A stretch of 64,000 nt of DNA. Origin: Methanotrichaceae archaeon. Its GTDB lineage: Archaea; Halobacteriota; Methanosarcinia; Methanotrichales; Methanotrichaceae. Positions 41,402 through 52,691 of the stretch are shown piece after piece (position 1 is the stretch's first letter; each line of letters starts with the position of its first letter). A program made the position numbers and the translations under genes. The stretch is taken from positions 128,001-192,000 of the forward strand of contig CAWDLW010000012.1 of NCBI GenBank assembly GCA_963803145.1, in the 5' to 3' direction. The notes beneath the pieces were generated by a model. It searched no databases. It saw nothing but the letters and a program-made list of their open reading frames with translations, and had not been told where the DNA came from.

Positions 41402-43393
41402 CTATTCCTTCAGATATCGGTCAAACCAGCGCAACATATGGCTCCATACGGCGACCTGGCGGTCAACCCGCCGCGGAAAGTGTGACTCTTCAGGCAGGAG
41501 CAGCATTTCAGTATCAACTCTCTGCCTTCTCAGCGCCGTGAAGACCTGCTCCGCCTGTTCCGGACAACAGCGATAATCACCTTCACTGTGGATGATCAAC
41601 GTGGGTGTTCTGGCATTGCCGATGTACTTCATAGGGGAGTATCGCCAGTAATCATCAAAATCATTCCAGGGTGTTCTACACCAACCAACACCTTGCTCCG
41701 CTATAAACCAAAGGTCCAATGTGCCGTACCAACTAACCCAGTTGCTGAGACTCGATATGGGAACGGCGGCTTTGAAGCGGTTAGTGTGGCCGATTATCCA
41801 ATTGCTCATATAGCCACCGTAGCTGATTCCGCTGACCCCCATTCTTTCCCTGTCTACGTAGGGCTTCTTCTCAAAAGCATCAACCCATGCCATCAGGTCA
41901 TCGTAGCAGGCCCAAGGCCCGACGTTTTCGACAGCGTTCCGGCATTCTTTGCCGTATCCCATACTCCCCCTAGGATTGCAGTAAGTGACCACATACCCAT
42001 TAGCCGCCAAGAATTGGCTATGAAACGTAAACAGGTAGCCCCATTGTGTTGGAGCGCCGTGGATCAACAGCACCAGGGGGTATTTCTTTGTCTCGTCAAA
42101 GTCTGGAGGCTTGAGAACCCAGCCCTGCAGCTCGTTACCTGATGGCCCTAGCATCCGGACCTCCTCAATCTCTCCGAGCTTGCGAGCAGAGAGCAAGTCG
42201 GCATTTATGCCGGTAAGCTGGCATGACTTGCCAGTGGTCATATCCCTGACCCAGACGTCCGCGGGGTTCTTCTCATCTCCCCAGATATAGGCCAGCCTTT
42301 CTCCCTTCTTGTCCAGAGTGAAACCCACCACAGCCCCTTTGTCACCGACGATAGTTTCCAGCTTGCTCCCATTGCGGCCTACGGCAATCGACACGAGGCT
42401 CTGTTTGCCGTGGTCATCCACCTCAAAGTAGAGGAGACCGCTGTCCTGAGACCAAGTAGGTGGCGTGGTGGGGGCTATAAGAATCCCGGCGACATCGCTT
42501 AAAATCCAATTGCCCACCTCAACATCAAACGGCTCCGTAACCTTCTGCGCCTTACCAGTGCCGTCTGCTGGCACGATCCATACGGCAGGTTGTCTCTTCT
42601 CTTTGTGGTACTGAATATCTACGAGATCCATATCACAGTAATATGCTAGCCATCTGCCATCAGGTGAGTACGATAGACCATCTTTCTGCCCTTGAGGCGT
42701 TTCCAGCTTGCGGAGGTCTCCATCTGAGACCTTCATCATGTAGATATCATTATCGTATGGAGTCAGGTCCGGCTCTGGGCTGCGATTTGATATGAAGGCT
42801 ATCTCCCTGCCATCCGGTGACCAGCACGGCGATAGGTTCTGATGGTCGTCACCCTCGGTCAGCTGTCTGGCTCCTCCGGTAGCAGCATCAACGAGCCAGA
42901 TATGGTAGCGCTCTGTCGGCAGGAAGCCCTCTACCATATCTTTGTAGACGAGTCGCGTGATCAAGCGCACCACGGGCACTTTAGGGCCCTCGCCTTCCTT
43001 ACGGAACGCGAGAACGATTTGCCGACCTTCAGGAGACCACTGGAAGCTACCTATTGAGCCATTCATATCAGTCAGTGGCCTGGCGTCACCTCCGGACATA
43101 GGAATGGTGCATAGCTGCATGTTGCCAGGGCCTCTCAAAGACAGGAATGCAATTTCTTTGCCACTGGGAGACCACCGCGGCATCGTGTTAAAACCACCAC
43201 TTGTCAATCGCCGGGCCAGCCCTCCTGCGGTTGGCACGAGCCAGATGTCAGCAAGCCTCCCCAGCGCTTCTTTGCTCACATTTAGGACACAGTACGCAAC
43301 TTGGCTTCCGTCCGGCGATATCTCGGGGTTGGAGACTACCTTGAGTTGGTACAGATCTTCTGGACTGATATTCGTGCTAACATTATCTGCCAA
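41402..43393 (-). CDS. S9 family peptidase (acylaminoacyl/dipeptidyl peptidase) with beta-propeller
   Basis: WSPDG repeats; GISYGG, DYRC, ESH catalytic triad. Confidence 0.92.
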   Translation of the reverse strand: MADNVSTNISPEDLYQLKVVSNPEISPDGSQVAYCVLNVSKEALGRLADIWLVPTAGGLARRLTSGGFNTMPRWSPSGKEIAFLSLRGPGNMQLCTIPMSGGDARPLTDMNGSIGSFQWSPEGRQIVLAFRKEGEGPKVPVVRLITRLVYKDMVEGFLPTERYHIWLVDAATGGARQLTEGDDHQNLSPCWSPDGREIAFISNRSPEPDLTPYDNDIYMMKVSDGDLRKLETPQGQKDGLSYSPDGRWLAYYCDMDLVDIQYHKEKRQPAVWIVPADGTGKAQKVTEPFDVEVGNWILSDVAGILIAPTTPPTWSQDSGLLYFEVDDHGKQSLVSIAVGRNGSKLETIVGDKGAVVGFTLDKKGERLAYIWGDEKNPADVWVRDMTTGKSCQLTGINADLLSARKLGEIEEVRMLGPSGNELQGWVLKPPDFDETKKYPLVLLIHGAPTQWGYLFTFHSQFLAANGYVVTYCNPRGSMGYGKECRNAVENVGPWACYDDLMAWVDAFEKKPYVDRERMGVSGISYGGYMSNWIIGHTNRFKAAVPISSLSNWVSWYGTLDLWFIAEQGVGWCRTPWNDFDDYWRYSPMKYIGNARTPTLIIHSEGDYRCCPEQAEQVFTALRRQRVDTEMLLLPEESHFPRRVDRQVAVWSHMLRWFDRYLKE

Positions 43394-43574
43394 GTTTTTC
43401 CCTCCTCATTTTTTCAAAATTGTTTAGTATTTCCTATATGTTAGATAGAGTGTTGGTTAGGTAAATAGCAATTCCAATAACAATTTACCTTATGCTTTCG
43501 ATTGATCATCGACCATAGTTCAGGCCAGATAACTATTTGATATACTGATAGAGCCTAAGGGCTGAAAAGGTGGT

Positions 43575-44129
43575 ATGATGAGATCTCATTTGATCATAGT
43601 TCTTGTAATATTGATGCTGGCAGAGATAGGTACATCTTTAGCAACCCATGAGTCTGGGAAGCTCGGACCCTATGTGGTTTCCTTCGATATGAACACGACC
43701 TCGCAGTACAAAGTCATCGTTGATCCGCCAACGAGCGGTGCTACCTCTGACGGCGCGAAGTTCACCAGATACTATCTATCTGTCGATGGCGATGACGGCT
43801 ATGCTTCTATTATTTTAACGGGATATCAGAAAAATATGTCGGATGGCATTGATGCAAACAAGGATATCGTTACATCAGCTCTCACAGCGCTAGGTGGTAC
43901 GGACTCTAAGATCTATCCATCAACGGTGGGAGTTGACGGCCAGCAGGCGGTCCTTGGAAGCTGCAAATATCCTACAGGCGAGACTATATTCATCGCGAGC
44001 TATTCCCCTGATGCAGCTCCGATGAATGGAACTTACATCGGAAAAACTGATTGCAGATTTGTATCCACCTATTCATGGGATGTGACCAGAAATCTGCTGG
44101 GCACACTCCATGTAGAAGTGCCTAAATAA
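43575..44129 (+). CDS. Secreted hypothetical protein
   Basis: Signal peptide; GPYVVSFDMNT...STYSWDVTRNLLGTLHV. Confidence 0.7.
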   Translation: MMRSHLIIVLVILMLAEIGTSLATHESGKLGPYVVSFDMNTTSQYKVIVDPPTSGATSDGAKFTRYYLSVDGDDGYASIILTGYQKNMSDGIDANKDIVTSALTALGGTDSKIYPSTVGVDGQQAVLGSCKYPTGETIFIASYSPDAAPMNGTYIGKTDCRFVSTYSWDVTRNLLGTLHVEVPK

Positions 44130-44457
44130 TCGAATAATGGTATAATAACATCTTCATGCAGTCTCGCGTGAGATCGATGACTCGCGTAATGCCCGGATAA
44201 ACGAATACAATGCATATCCTCATTCATACCACCTAAAGAGACTGAGGAGAAAAATGACCCGCAGTCATATCTATATTATACTTATCATAAAACTAGGCGC
44301 TATCTGAATATCTTGTGCATTTAGAACCAGCTTTTCCATACCTGCAACCTCGTGGAGGATTCATGTAGGTATTAGATGATACCTACATAAAAACCAGCTT
44401 TTAATATTACGGCCACGATAGGTAGTATTTGGAGGAATTGAAATTAGCAAAGTCAAG

Positions 44458-44994
44458 TTGATATTATCCATAATGGCGCTAGGAATGCTGATGGCAATTG
44501 GCGCTGCGAATGGAGAGGACCATCCATACGATGGGCCTGGAGCAGATTACCAGAATAACGCACCGATGTATGATCAATATGCACAAAACCAGTATGGGCC
44601 GGACCAATATGGGCAAGGACAATATGGGCAGGGCCAATACGGCCAGTCTGGATATAATTCCCAATACGGCTCAAGCTCTTCGAGCCAGGTGCTCACGCCG
44701 CCGACCAGCACATACAATAACTACAACTACTACGATTGGCTCTCCCCAGGAACTGCGTACTGGCCGTATTCGTATCCTGCATATTACAACTATAACTATG
44801 ATAACTACTGGTGGTATAGCCATAATCCAAAGTACTATTACACAACACCGATCAAGCACTACTACACCTGGTATCCGGCAACGTATAACTGGGATCCATG
44901 GTATGCCGCTAATGTCTACGGCTTCGGCTCTACGACCTATTACTACTCGAACAGATGGTCCTATCACAGCGGAGGATTCTTCTTCGACCCATAG
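44458..44994 (+). CDS. Secreted low-complexity Gln/Gly/Tyr/Asn-rich protein
   Basis: Signal peptide; QYG repeats; Tyr/Trp-rich C-terminus; start uncertain. Confidence 0.65.
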   Translation: MILSIMALGMLMAIGAANGEDHPYDGPGADYQNNAPMYDQYAQNQYGPDQYGQGQYGQGQYGQSGYNSQYGSSSSSQVLTPPTSTYNNYNYYDWLSPGTAYWPYSYPAYYNYNYDNYWWYSHNPKYYYTTPIKHYYTWYPATYNWDPWYAANVYGFGSTTYYYSNRWSYHSGGFFFDP

Positions 44995-45239
44995 GCCAGA
45001 GGATGATAAAAAGTTATTAAGCAAGATCAAGATCCAAGAACAACCGAGATCCATAGGCTTTAATATAGCGCCTGAAGGACTGCAGCCATCAGCTTTATGG
45101 ATACATAAGAGCTGGGCATAGGCTCCAGGGGGTAACCTGTGTCCGGCAAAAGGCAGTGCCCTTTAACTATTTTATTGGCATAGCAATCTTAGAGAATTGC
45201 CTATTGATCAGCCTGAAGGCAGGATCGGTTTTTCATCAT

Positions 45240-45626
45240 TTATTCTGCTTTGAAGAAACGCCAATCGTCAGTCTCCAAAGCTTCTCTAAGCTTCTGTTTT
45301 ATCTCGTGAGGAAGCGGATAATTTCCGCTCTTGTCGCAGATCGCACTTATCAGATCTTCATGACTTACGCCCAAGAGATCATGATCTAGGGCGAATGAGG
45401 CCGTAACTTCATCGCGCTCTGCAGTTATGACCGTGATCATCAGTCTGGCTCTATCCTCCAGGCAGTTGATAAAAAAATAGGACATTCCACGAAGATCGGC
45501 TAGGTTACTACATAGTGATCTGTAGTCCTCAACGGATCTGACCTGAGTTAACCTAAATGCCTCAAGAAGTGGCAAATCGAACCTGATCTTTTTTGGATCG
45601 AAGATGACCTTTTCTCTAGGGGGCAT
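45240..45626 (-). CDS. Hypothetical protein
   Basis: 128-aa ORF with an upstream TATA-like element (TTTTATAC on minus strand). Confidence 0.6.
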   Translation of the reverse strand: MPPREKVIFDPKKIRFDLPLLEAFRLTQVRSVEDYRSLCSNLADLRGMSYFFINCLEDRARLMITVITAERDEVTASFALDHDLLGVSHEDLISAICDKSGNYPLPHEIKQKLREALETDDWRFFKAE

Positions 45627-45817
45627 AAGATAAATATCGTTCTCTAGCCGTATAAAAGTGCTAGTAAGCCTATGAGGATTATAATTTTGGCGTAGAGATA
45701 GACTATCTCGAAAAATTTATCTATATTCAATGCTAAAGGAACTATTATATTTCCGATCGAATTGCTTTCGTGTCATGAATTGAATATCGTTAAAGTTCAA
45801 ACTCAGGGAGATGAATT

Positions 45818-46642
45818 ATGCTGCATGCCAGAGACCTGAATGATGAGGGGGTTTCCCATTATAAACAGGGTGAATATGAGACGGCTATAGAATTCTTCGA
45901 TAAGGCTCTGAAACTGGACCCAATGCTCGCGCCTGCTTGGAGCAATCGGGGATTGGCTTTATCAGAGCTCGGCAGGTATGAGGATGGGATAGAATCATTC
46001 GAAAAGGCCCTTAAAATCAAACCCGACTATATTCTGGCATTACAGGCAAAGGGAGTTGCACTCTGCAGAGCGGGCATGGATGTAGAAGCTATAAAGGCTT
46101 ATGAAAGAGCATTGGAGATCGATCCTCAGTTCACAGCCGCCTGGATAGGCAAGGGTGTTGCACTTTATCATCTGCGTAAGGACAATGAGGCTATCGAGTG
46201 TCTTGACAAGGCTACACAGCTTGACCCCCTTGATACAATTGCCTGGGTAAATCGGGGAAGGGTCCAACATGACCTGCATAGGTTTAATGAGGCCCTCAAA
46301 TCCTATGAGAGAGCAATCGCGCTTGATCCCGATTATGCGAAGGCATGGGAGAGCAAAGGTCTTTTGCTATACGACCAGGGGGACTACGATGGAGCACTTG
46401 AAGCATACGACAAGGCACTGGAGCTCGATCCATTATTCAAAACAGCCTGGGAAGGAAAAGGGGTTGCGCTCTATGAGCTCGGAAGGTATGAAGAGGCATT
46501 AAAATGCTATGAGAGGGCTGGCGAGCTCAATCCAACAGATCCTGCCATCTGGATAAAGAAGAGCCTTACGCTGCAAGCACTGGGTAGGAATGCAGAGGCT
46601 AATGATGCAATGGAGATGGCTAGGGGGATGGGAGCCGGATAA
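45818..46642 (+). CDS. Tetratricopeptide repeat protein
   Basis: ~7-8 repeats of AWxxKGxAL...AxxxYxxALxxDP. Confidence 0.92.
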   Translation: MLHARDLNDEGVSHYKQGEYETAIEFFDKALKLDPMLAPAWSNRGLALSELGRYEDGIESFEKALKIKPDYILALQAKGVALCRAGMDVEAIKAYERALEIDPQFTAAWIGKGVALYHLRKDNEAIECLDKATQLDPLDTIAWVNRGRVQHDLHRFNEALKSYERAIALDPDYAKAWESKGLLLYDQGDYDGALEAYDKALELDPLFKTAWEGKGVALYELGRYEEALKCYERAGELNPTDPAIWIKKSLTLQALGRNAEANDAMEMARGMGAG

Positions 46643-46818
46643 CCTTCCTGCGAGGCTATCCAAATATATTCTTTAGAACTATCTTTTTGCTTTTGTATCT
46701 CCGTGGCTTGGTTTATCATTTTTAGTCAGGCAAACCAAGAGCGTTTCACAAAGGCATAAATAGCATAAAATTGAGATTGGCAAAAAATATTAGTATCAAA
46801 AAATTATAACTCCTCTCT

Positions 46819-48156
46819 CTATCTCAGTTCTATCGTGCCAATCTCTTGCCTATCAGTCGTCAAGTTGGCGATCACTACTGAACTGTTTGTATTTCCGGCA
46901 GCATCCTTCGCCATTACCTTAACATTATCACCATCTGCAATCCATGGAGCTGTGCTGTTCGCCAGGTAATCAGCGAAATCGCAATCTATGCTGAACCAGC
47001 CAGAGGAGCTTGGATCCGCGGTCTTCACAACGCCTGTTCTCTCGTTCGTTGCAGTGATAGTAACATTAGCAGGATCTGTAGCATTGACATTTCCGATTAT
47101 CGGATGTAGCTTGTTTGTTGTGTATTCAGAGAAGCCCATTCGGTCAAAGCTGTAGCTTACGCCGTTCCTGGGCTTTAGAGATCCGTTGAACTGGGATACC
47201 TGCTCGAAGACAATATAGCTCGGCATAGGCGCTGGAAAATTCACTGGCAGAGGCACATTCTTGAGCACATTTATCATCAGCTCGAGCTTGTATTCGCCAT
47301 TGTCGGCCTCGACTTTGTAGGCAGTGGGATACATCCTCGACGTGATCTGATCTAGCGAGAAGTCTGCGTAGTTCAGCTTAACCTGAGAGCTTGAGAACTT
47401 GATTGTCTCTCCAGCGTGCTGTATTCCCAGAATGGTGTTTCTATCCTCGCCTAACACATCCCCTAGCGTCAGGCTGAAGCCATCTTTAGGATTCGATACC
47501 TGTGCCCAGTTCCACTTAGCATCATTGAATGCCCACCTGCCCCAATTGTGATCATGATAGCCGACGGCGTCTATGCTTCTCGTCTGGTTGCCCAGGATTA
47601 TGGTTCCTTTGACGGTTGCAGATGGCATATAGACCAGCCATTTCATCCAGTCGCCCTTGAGGTGGCCTACATGCATCTGAACTGGTGTAGGGAACCAGGA
47701 GCTGACTGCGATAGTATATGTAAGATCCCATGCAATAGGCGTATCTGACAGAGTATCTCTTGCAGAGCCGAATATCCTGTAGGCTGATGTATTCAGAGCA
47801 CTGAAGCCGTTTTGATCGATATCGATTGTTGGATTGCTGCGATCTCCTCCGAAGCCACGGCTGCTATGTATGCCCAAAAGAGGCGGCATGCCGTCTACAA
47901 GCACAAGTGCAATCGCCTGTATCCTCCGCTGACCGGTTAAATTATCAGGATCGCTCAGGAAGTAGTTAAAGAAGAACTGCGTATCGTTTGAAACTCCATT
48001 GAAGTACCACCATTCGTTATAGAGCTTATCATCAATGTTGTTGGCCATGTAATGATAGGCATCATCCTTTAAGGTTGGTTCTGCAGCCAAGCCACTGCAG
48101 CACGAAAAGATGAATACTGTTAATGCTGCTAATAGATAATTTTTATAAGTTCTCAT
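46819..48156 (-). CDS. Secreted AttH/tocopherol-cyclase-like (lipocalin-fold) protein
   Basis: Signal peptide; EWWYF, GYHDHNWG, WNWAQ motifs. Confidence 0.65.
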   Translation of the reverse strand: MRTYKNYLLAALTVFIFSCCSGLAAEPTLKDDAYHYMANNIDDKLYNEWWYFNGVSNDTQFFFNYFLSDPDNLTGQRRIQAIALVLVDGMPPLLGIHSSRGFGGDRSNPTIDIDQNGFSALNTSAYRIFGSARDTLSDTPIAWDLTYTIAVSSWFPTPVQMHVGHLKGDWMKWLVYMPSATVKGTIILGNQTRSIDAVGYHDHNWGRWAFNDAKWNWAQVSNPKDGFSLTLGDVLGEDRNTILGIQHAGETIKFSSSQVKLNYADFSLDQITSRMYPTAYKVEADNGEYKLELMINVLKNVPLPVNFPAPMPSYIVFEQVSQFNGSLKPRNGVSYSFDRMGFSEYTTNKLHPIIGNVNATDPANVTITATNERTGVVKTADPSSSGWFSIDCDFADYLANSTAPWIADGDNVKVMAKDAAGNTNSSVVIANLTTDRQEIGTIELR

Positions 48157-48248
48157 TTAAGCGCCCTCCTTCCCTGAACCCGCGCCTGAGGACTAATGGC
48201 TTTTGTATTATTTAACAATATTTCTAGGTTCTATGCTCCTTATTATTA

Positions 48249-48677
48249 TCAATCCAAAAGTTCAACTGCTTCCTCTGCGGTCGCAGCCTTCAGCGTTCCA
48301 GGAATATCCCAGCTACCAAGGCTTATCACGCGTTTTCCCATCTTCAGGGCGAGGGCAATTTCCGAGAGAGTTCCATACTCTCCAGGCAAAGCGATAATTG
48401 CATCAGCGCTTTTTACTATTATCACATTTCTAGCATGGCCCATGCCTGTGGATATGGCTATCCCGACGCATTTATTTGCATCCCATTTTTCGCCCGGAAG
48501 TATGCCAACGGCTATGCCTCCTGCATCCTTAGCACCGCAGCAGACCGCCTCCATCACACCAGTCAGGCCGCCGCAGATCGGCGTATGGCCGTTTTCTGCA
48601 AGCAGCCGACCTAGGGTATATGCGGTCCTTTTAACCTCAGAGCTGCACTCAGCCCCACCAATTACAGCTATCTGCAT
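48249..48677 (-). CDS. LOG-family Rossmann protein (TIGR00725-like)
   Basis: CGGLTGVMEA, TGMGHARN, GEYGTLSE. Confidence 0.9.
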   Translation of the reverse strand: MQIAVIGGAECSSEVKRTAYTLGRLLAENGHTPICGGLTGVMEAVCCGAKDAGGIAVGILPGEKWDANKCVGIAISTGMGHARNVIIVKSADAIIALPGEYGTLSEIALALKMGKRVISLGSWDIPGTLKAATAEEAVELLD

Positions 48678-48782
48678 TCAGCGTTCAGCCTCCTCAATTA
48701 TACGGCCATTACCGTAAATATCTATCGTCTTGCACCGTCTTTTAGCGCAAAGTATTCATATACCTCCCAAGAGTTATTTTTT

Positions 48783-51578
48783 GTGAACACATTCAGTCGG
48801 CTCTATCCCTCAATTGGAAAGATGCTAGCGGAGCAATCGATCACAGAGCCGACGCTGCCGCAAAAGCTGGCGATTCCTGAGATCTTGGATGGCAGAAACA
48901 TTCTTCTGATAGCTCCTACGGGCACCGGCAAGACTGAAGCTGCAGCTCTTCCAGTTCTCCATAAAATCCTAGCGGAGGAGCGTTCTGGAACACAGGCTAT
49001 CTATATCACGCCTCTGCGCGCCCTGAACAGGGATATGCTCAGACGTTTCGAAGAGTGGGGTGAGCGGCTGAACATATCAATCGCAGTTCGCCATGGAGAT
49101 ACAAGCAAAAGCGATAGAAGAAGACAGTCATTGAGTCCGCCTGATCTTTTGATCACTACCCCAGAAACTCTGCAGGTGATGCTCACTGGAAAGCGGCTGC
49201 GCAAAAATCTATCGAGCGTGAAGACAGTAATAGTCGATGAGATCCATGAGCTTGCATCATCAAAGAGAGGATCGCAGCTCTTTGTCCTTCTCGAGCGGCT
49301 GGTCGAGATCGCCGGCGAGTTCCAAAGGATCGGCCTGTCTGCTACTGTCGGATCGCCTGAGCAGGTTGCAAGGCTTCTTGCAGGCTCGCAAAGGCCATAT
49401 AAAATCATCAGGGCAGATATCCAGAGGGCTAGCGATTTTAAGATTGTCAGCCCTAACCCTACGCGAGCAGATTATGCTCTCGCAAGCCAGCTGGAATGCG
49501 ATCCTAGGTTAGCTGCACAGATTGGTTGGATCAGGGAGCAGGTCAAACTAAAGAAGTGTCTTATTTTCGTCAACACAAGACAGGCGGCTGAAGTTCTGGG
49601 CTCCAGGTTCAGGCTGCTTGGAGAGCCGATAGGAGTTCATCACGGGAGCCTCTCAGCCGAGACCAGGGTCGAGGCGGAGGAGGCGTTCAAAGGAGGCGCT
49701 CTTCGCGGCCTTATCTGCACATCATCAATGGAGCTTGGAATCGACATCGGTGATGTCGATCATGTCATCCAGTACAGCTCTCCTCGTGAGGTCTCAAGGC
49801 TGCTACAGCGAGTAGGTCGTTCAGGCCATAAGATAGGCCGAACGGCAGAAGGCACAATAATTGCCACATGCCCGGATGATATCGCCGAAGCATGTGCAAT
49901 TGCAAGACGAGCTGGAGAGGCAATGCTCGAAGAGATTCAGATTCACGAGAAGCCGATGGATGCTCTCGCAAATCAGATTGTAGGATTAGAGCTGGACTTC
50001 GGCGACATAAGCCTCCAGCAAGCTCATAGAATCATAACCAGGGCTTATCCCTTCCGTGACCTAACGCTTGATGAGCTGAGGAAAGTAGCAGAGCAGATAG
50101 CCGAAAGCAGACTTACACGAATTCAGGGTGATATCCTCCAGAGGACACGTAAGGCCCGCGAGTACTACTACGAGAACCTCTCGATGATTCCCGATGAGAA
50201 GAGATACAATGTCTACGACATCATCGGCCGCAAATCGATAGGAACATTGGATGAGGCATTTGTAGTCAGCTATGCCCAGCCTGGTGCAACTTTTGTAACA
50301 AAGGGCGAGATCTGGGAGATCTCGGAGATCGACGAGGACGAGATCAAGGTCATGCCTATTCAGCGCAGCGGCGAAATTCCATCCTGGAGCGGTGAAGAAA
50401 TACCTGTTCCATTCGATGTGGCACAGGAGGTAGGCAGGATAAGGGAAAGTGTCCGACTATATCTGGAATCCGATGGCAAGGATGCTGCTGTAAACTGGCT
50501 GACCGAAAGCTATCCTGTTGATCGTGAGGCTGCAGCAGAGTTTATCGATCTGATAGAGATGCAGATAAGGAAAAATCTGCCGGTCCCCGATGACAAACAT
50601 ATCGTTATTGAGGGAGGCGGCACCGAAGTTATCATAAACTCATGCTTCGGCCACAAGACAAACGATACCCTGGGAAGGGCAATAACGGCTATGCTCTCTG
50701 CAAAGTTCGGATCAAGCGTTGCTTCAGAGATAGATCCTTACAGGATAGAGCTGACATTGCCGCGTTCCGTGATCGCTGAGGAGATCGCAAAAACGATCAT
50801 GGAGCTGAAACCCGAGCATCTGGAGCCGATCCTTGAGATGACCCTCAAGAATACCACTCTGCTCAAGTGGAAGATGGTTCATATCGCCAGGAAGTTCGGA
50901 GCTCTATCTAGGGATGTGGACTTCCAGAGAATTAGCATAAACAGGCTGCTCTCAGTATTCGAGGGAACGCCAATGTACCGTGAAGCAATACGGGAAATAT
51001 ACCAGGATCGGTTAGATCTCCCCCGTGCCAGGCAAATACTCGAAGAGATTCACAAAGGCAACATCGTTATTACCACCAGCAGCCCGAGTCCAATAGGTGC
51101 CAGCGGCAGGGGAGGCGGCAGAGATGTGACGTCGCCGGAGCATGCAGATGGCGCAGTAATAGAGCTTCTGAAATCAAGGATCATGAACGATTCCGTGATA
51201 TTATTCTGCGTCAACTGCAAGAAGTGGAAGTCGCTCCGTGCAGTGGGCCGCGTTCCGGAGCAGCCTGAATGTCCCATCTGCGGCTCCAAGATGGTCGCAG
51301 CCCTCAAGCCCTGGGAAGAAGAGGAGATAAAGGTAGTCAAGAAGCCCGAAAAGAAGAAGACGCCAGAAGATCGTCGAAGGACAAAGCGGGTCTTCAGGAA
51401 TGCCAATCTTGTCTTGAGCTATGGCAAAACTGCGGCAATTGCGCTTGCGAGCCGCGGACTTGGGCCCGAGACCGCGGCAAGAGTAATCGGCAAGCTTCGA
51501 ACAGATGAGCTTGAGTTCTATCGGGATATCCTGAAGGCGGAGAGGGAGTATGCGAGGACGAAGAGGTTCTGGAGTTAA
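48783..51578 (+). CDS. lhr: Lhr-like ATP-dependent DEAD/DEAH helicase
   Basis: APTGTGKT, TTPETL, DEIH, SAT, HHGSL, QRVGRSGH, C-terminal Zn finger. Confidence 0.92.
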   Translation: MNTFSRLYPSIGKMLAEQSITEPTLPQKLAIPEILDGRNILLIAPTGTGKTEAAALPVLHKILAEERSGTQAIYITPLRALNRDMLRRFEEWGERLNISIAVRHGDTSKSDRRRQSLSPPDLLITTPETLQVMLTGKRLRKNLSSVKTVIVDEIHELASSKRGSQLFVLLERLVEIAGEFQRIGLSATVGSPEQVARLLAGSQRPYKIIRADIQRASDFKIVSPNPTRADYALASQLECDPRLAAQIGWIREQVKLKKCLIFVNTRQAAEVLGSRFRLLGEPIGVHHGSLSAETRVEAEEAFKGGALRGLICTSSMELGIDIGDVDHVIQYSSPREVSRLLQRVGRSGHKIGRTAEGTIIATCPDDIAEACAIARRAGEAMLEEIQIHEKPMDALANQIVGLELDFGDISLQQAHRIITRAYPFRDLTLDELRKVAEQIAESRLTRIQGDILQRTRKAREYYYENLSMIPDEKRYNVYDIIGRKSIGTLDEAFVVSYAQPGATFVTKGEIWEISEIDEDEIKVMPIQRSGEIPSWSGEEIPVPFDVAQEVGRIRESVRLYLESDGKDAAVNWLTESYPVDREAAAEFIDLIEMQIRKNLPVPDDKHIVIEGGGTEVIINSCFGHKTNDTLGRAITAMLSAKFGSSVASEIDPYRIELTLPRSVIAEEIAKTIMELKPEHLEPILEMTLKNTTLLKWKMVHIARKFGALSRDVDFQRISINRLLSVFEGTPMYREAIREIYQDRLDLPRARQILEEIHKGNIVITTSSPSPIGASGRGGGRDVTSPEHADGAVIELLKSRIMNDSVILFCVNCKKWKSLRAVGRVPEQPECPICGSKMVAALKPWEEEEIKVVKKPEKKKTPEDRRRTKRVFRNANLVLSYGKTAAIALASRGLGPETAARVIGKLRTDELEFYRDILKAEREYARTKRFWS

Positions 51579-51926
51579 GATCGATTGCTCCTCTGATCTT
51601 GAAATCTTCAGATCCGCAGGAGAGCATATCGCTATGATCACTTTAGATTATCTCAATCGTCTATATGTTCCAATAATTCTTCACCATTAGTTTTGTGGCC
51701 CAGAGGTATGTTTTAAATCTCCCTCCTTTACTTACCGCTGGGTCATCTCTTCTCTGATCATCTAACATAGCAAGATCAATGAAGTTTGTGACTCAAGGCC
51801 GATGAAACTGATGCGCTCATATCCACGATAAAGCCCTAGGGCCATAGGCTACAGCTATATGGATATGCTTGCCTTCCAATAAGCCATTAAACCATCAAGA
51901 TAATCAGCACCCACAAGGTGCAAAAC

Positions 51927-52031
51927 ATGGTCGAAGTTGGAGATGCCGCTCCAGAGTTCTGTCTGCCGGCAGGCGACGAGCAAGAGGATGCCTTAGCTCA
52001 TACCGTGGCAGATGGGTTGCGCTTTATTTTT
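51927..52031 (+). pseudogene. Peroxiredoxin (Bcp) 5' fragment
   Basis: MVEVGDAAPEFCLP, then in another frame YRGRWVALYF; truncated before the catalytic Cys. Confidence 0.7.
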
Positions 52032-52691
52032 AAACGTAATACCCCACAGCTTGTTGTGGATGGGATAAAGGGCATCCGTATACAACTTAGGGATGGATCA
52101 GCTAGCCAATTGTGATTTAATGCGGCGACGCCTCGCATGCCTCACTGTTTGCAGCGTGAGATAAAATACCGGTAAGAACCTTTTTCATCGAACTTGGAAG
52201 GATCACCTATAATTATATTATCCTTGCCATTCTGTTAGCTGTCGCTTTACATTTTCAAAGGTTGGGTCTTTGATCCTTTCGAAAATTTTAAGCGCAGACT
52301 GAGCATAGTCAACAGCCTTAGATTGTTCCCCTATCTTATATAATACGAGGCTTATATTCCATAAGGCATTGCCCTCTCCAGCAGGGACTCCAATCTTACG
52401 GAAGATTTCTAATGATTGCTCATAGGATTCGATGGCCTGGCGAGATTCGCCTAGTCTCTCATAGGCCACACCAAGGTTGCCTAAAACGTTTGCCTTTCCT
52501 TTAAGATCTCCAATATTATTAGCAATTTCTAATCTCTTTTCATAATATTCAATTGCCTGGATAGGTTCGCCTAACGCACAGTATGCAATGCCTAAATTAT
52601 TTAAATCTGCACATTCTCCTTTCAGATCTCTTAATTCTCTGTCAATTATCAGAGCTTTCTTATAAAATTCAATAGCATATTGAAGCTTACC

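Noticed and set aside
24783-45147. 9-nt complementarity (GCCGGACAC at 24783 / GTGTCCGGC at 45139) between the two sRNA candidates
   Set aside because: Too short to distinguish from chance in 64 kb
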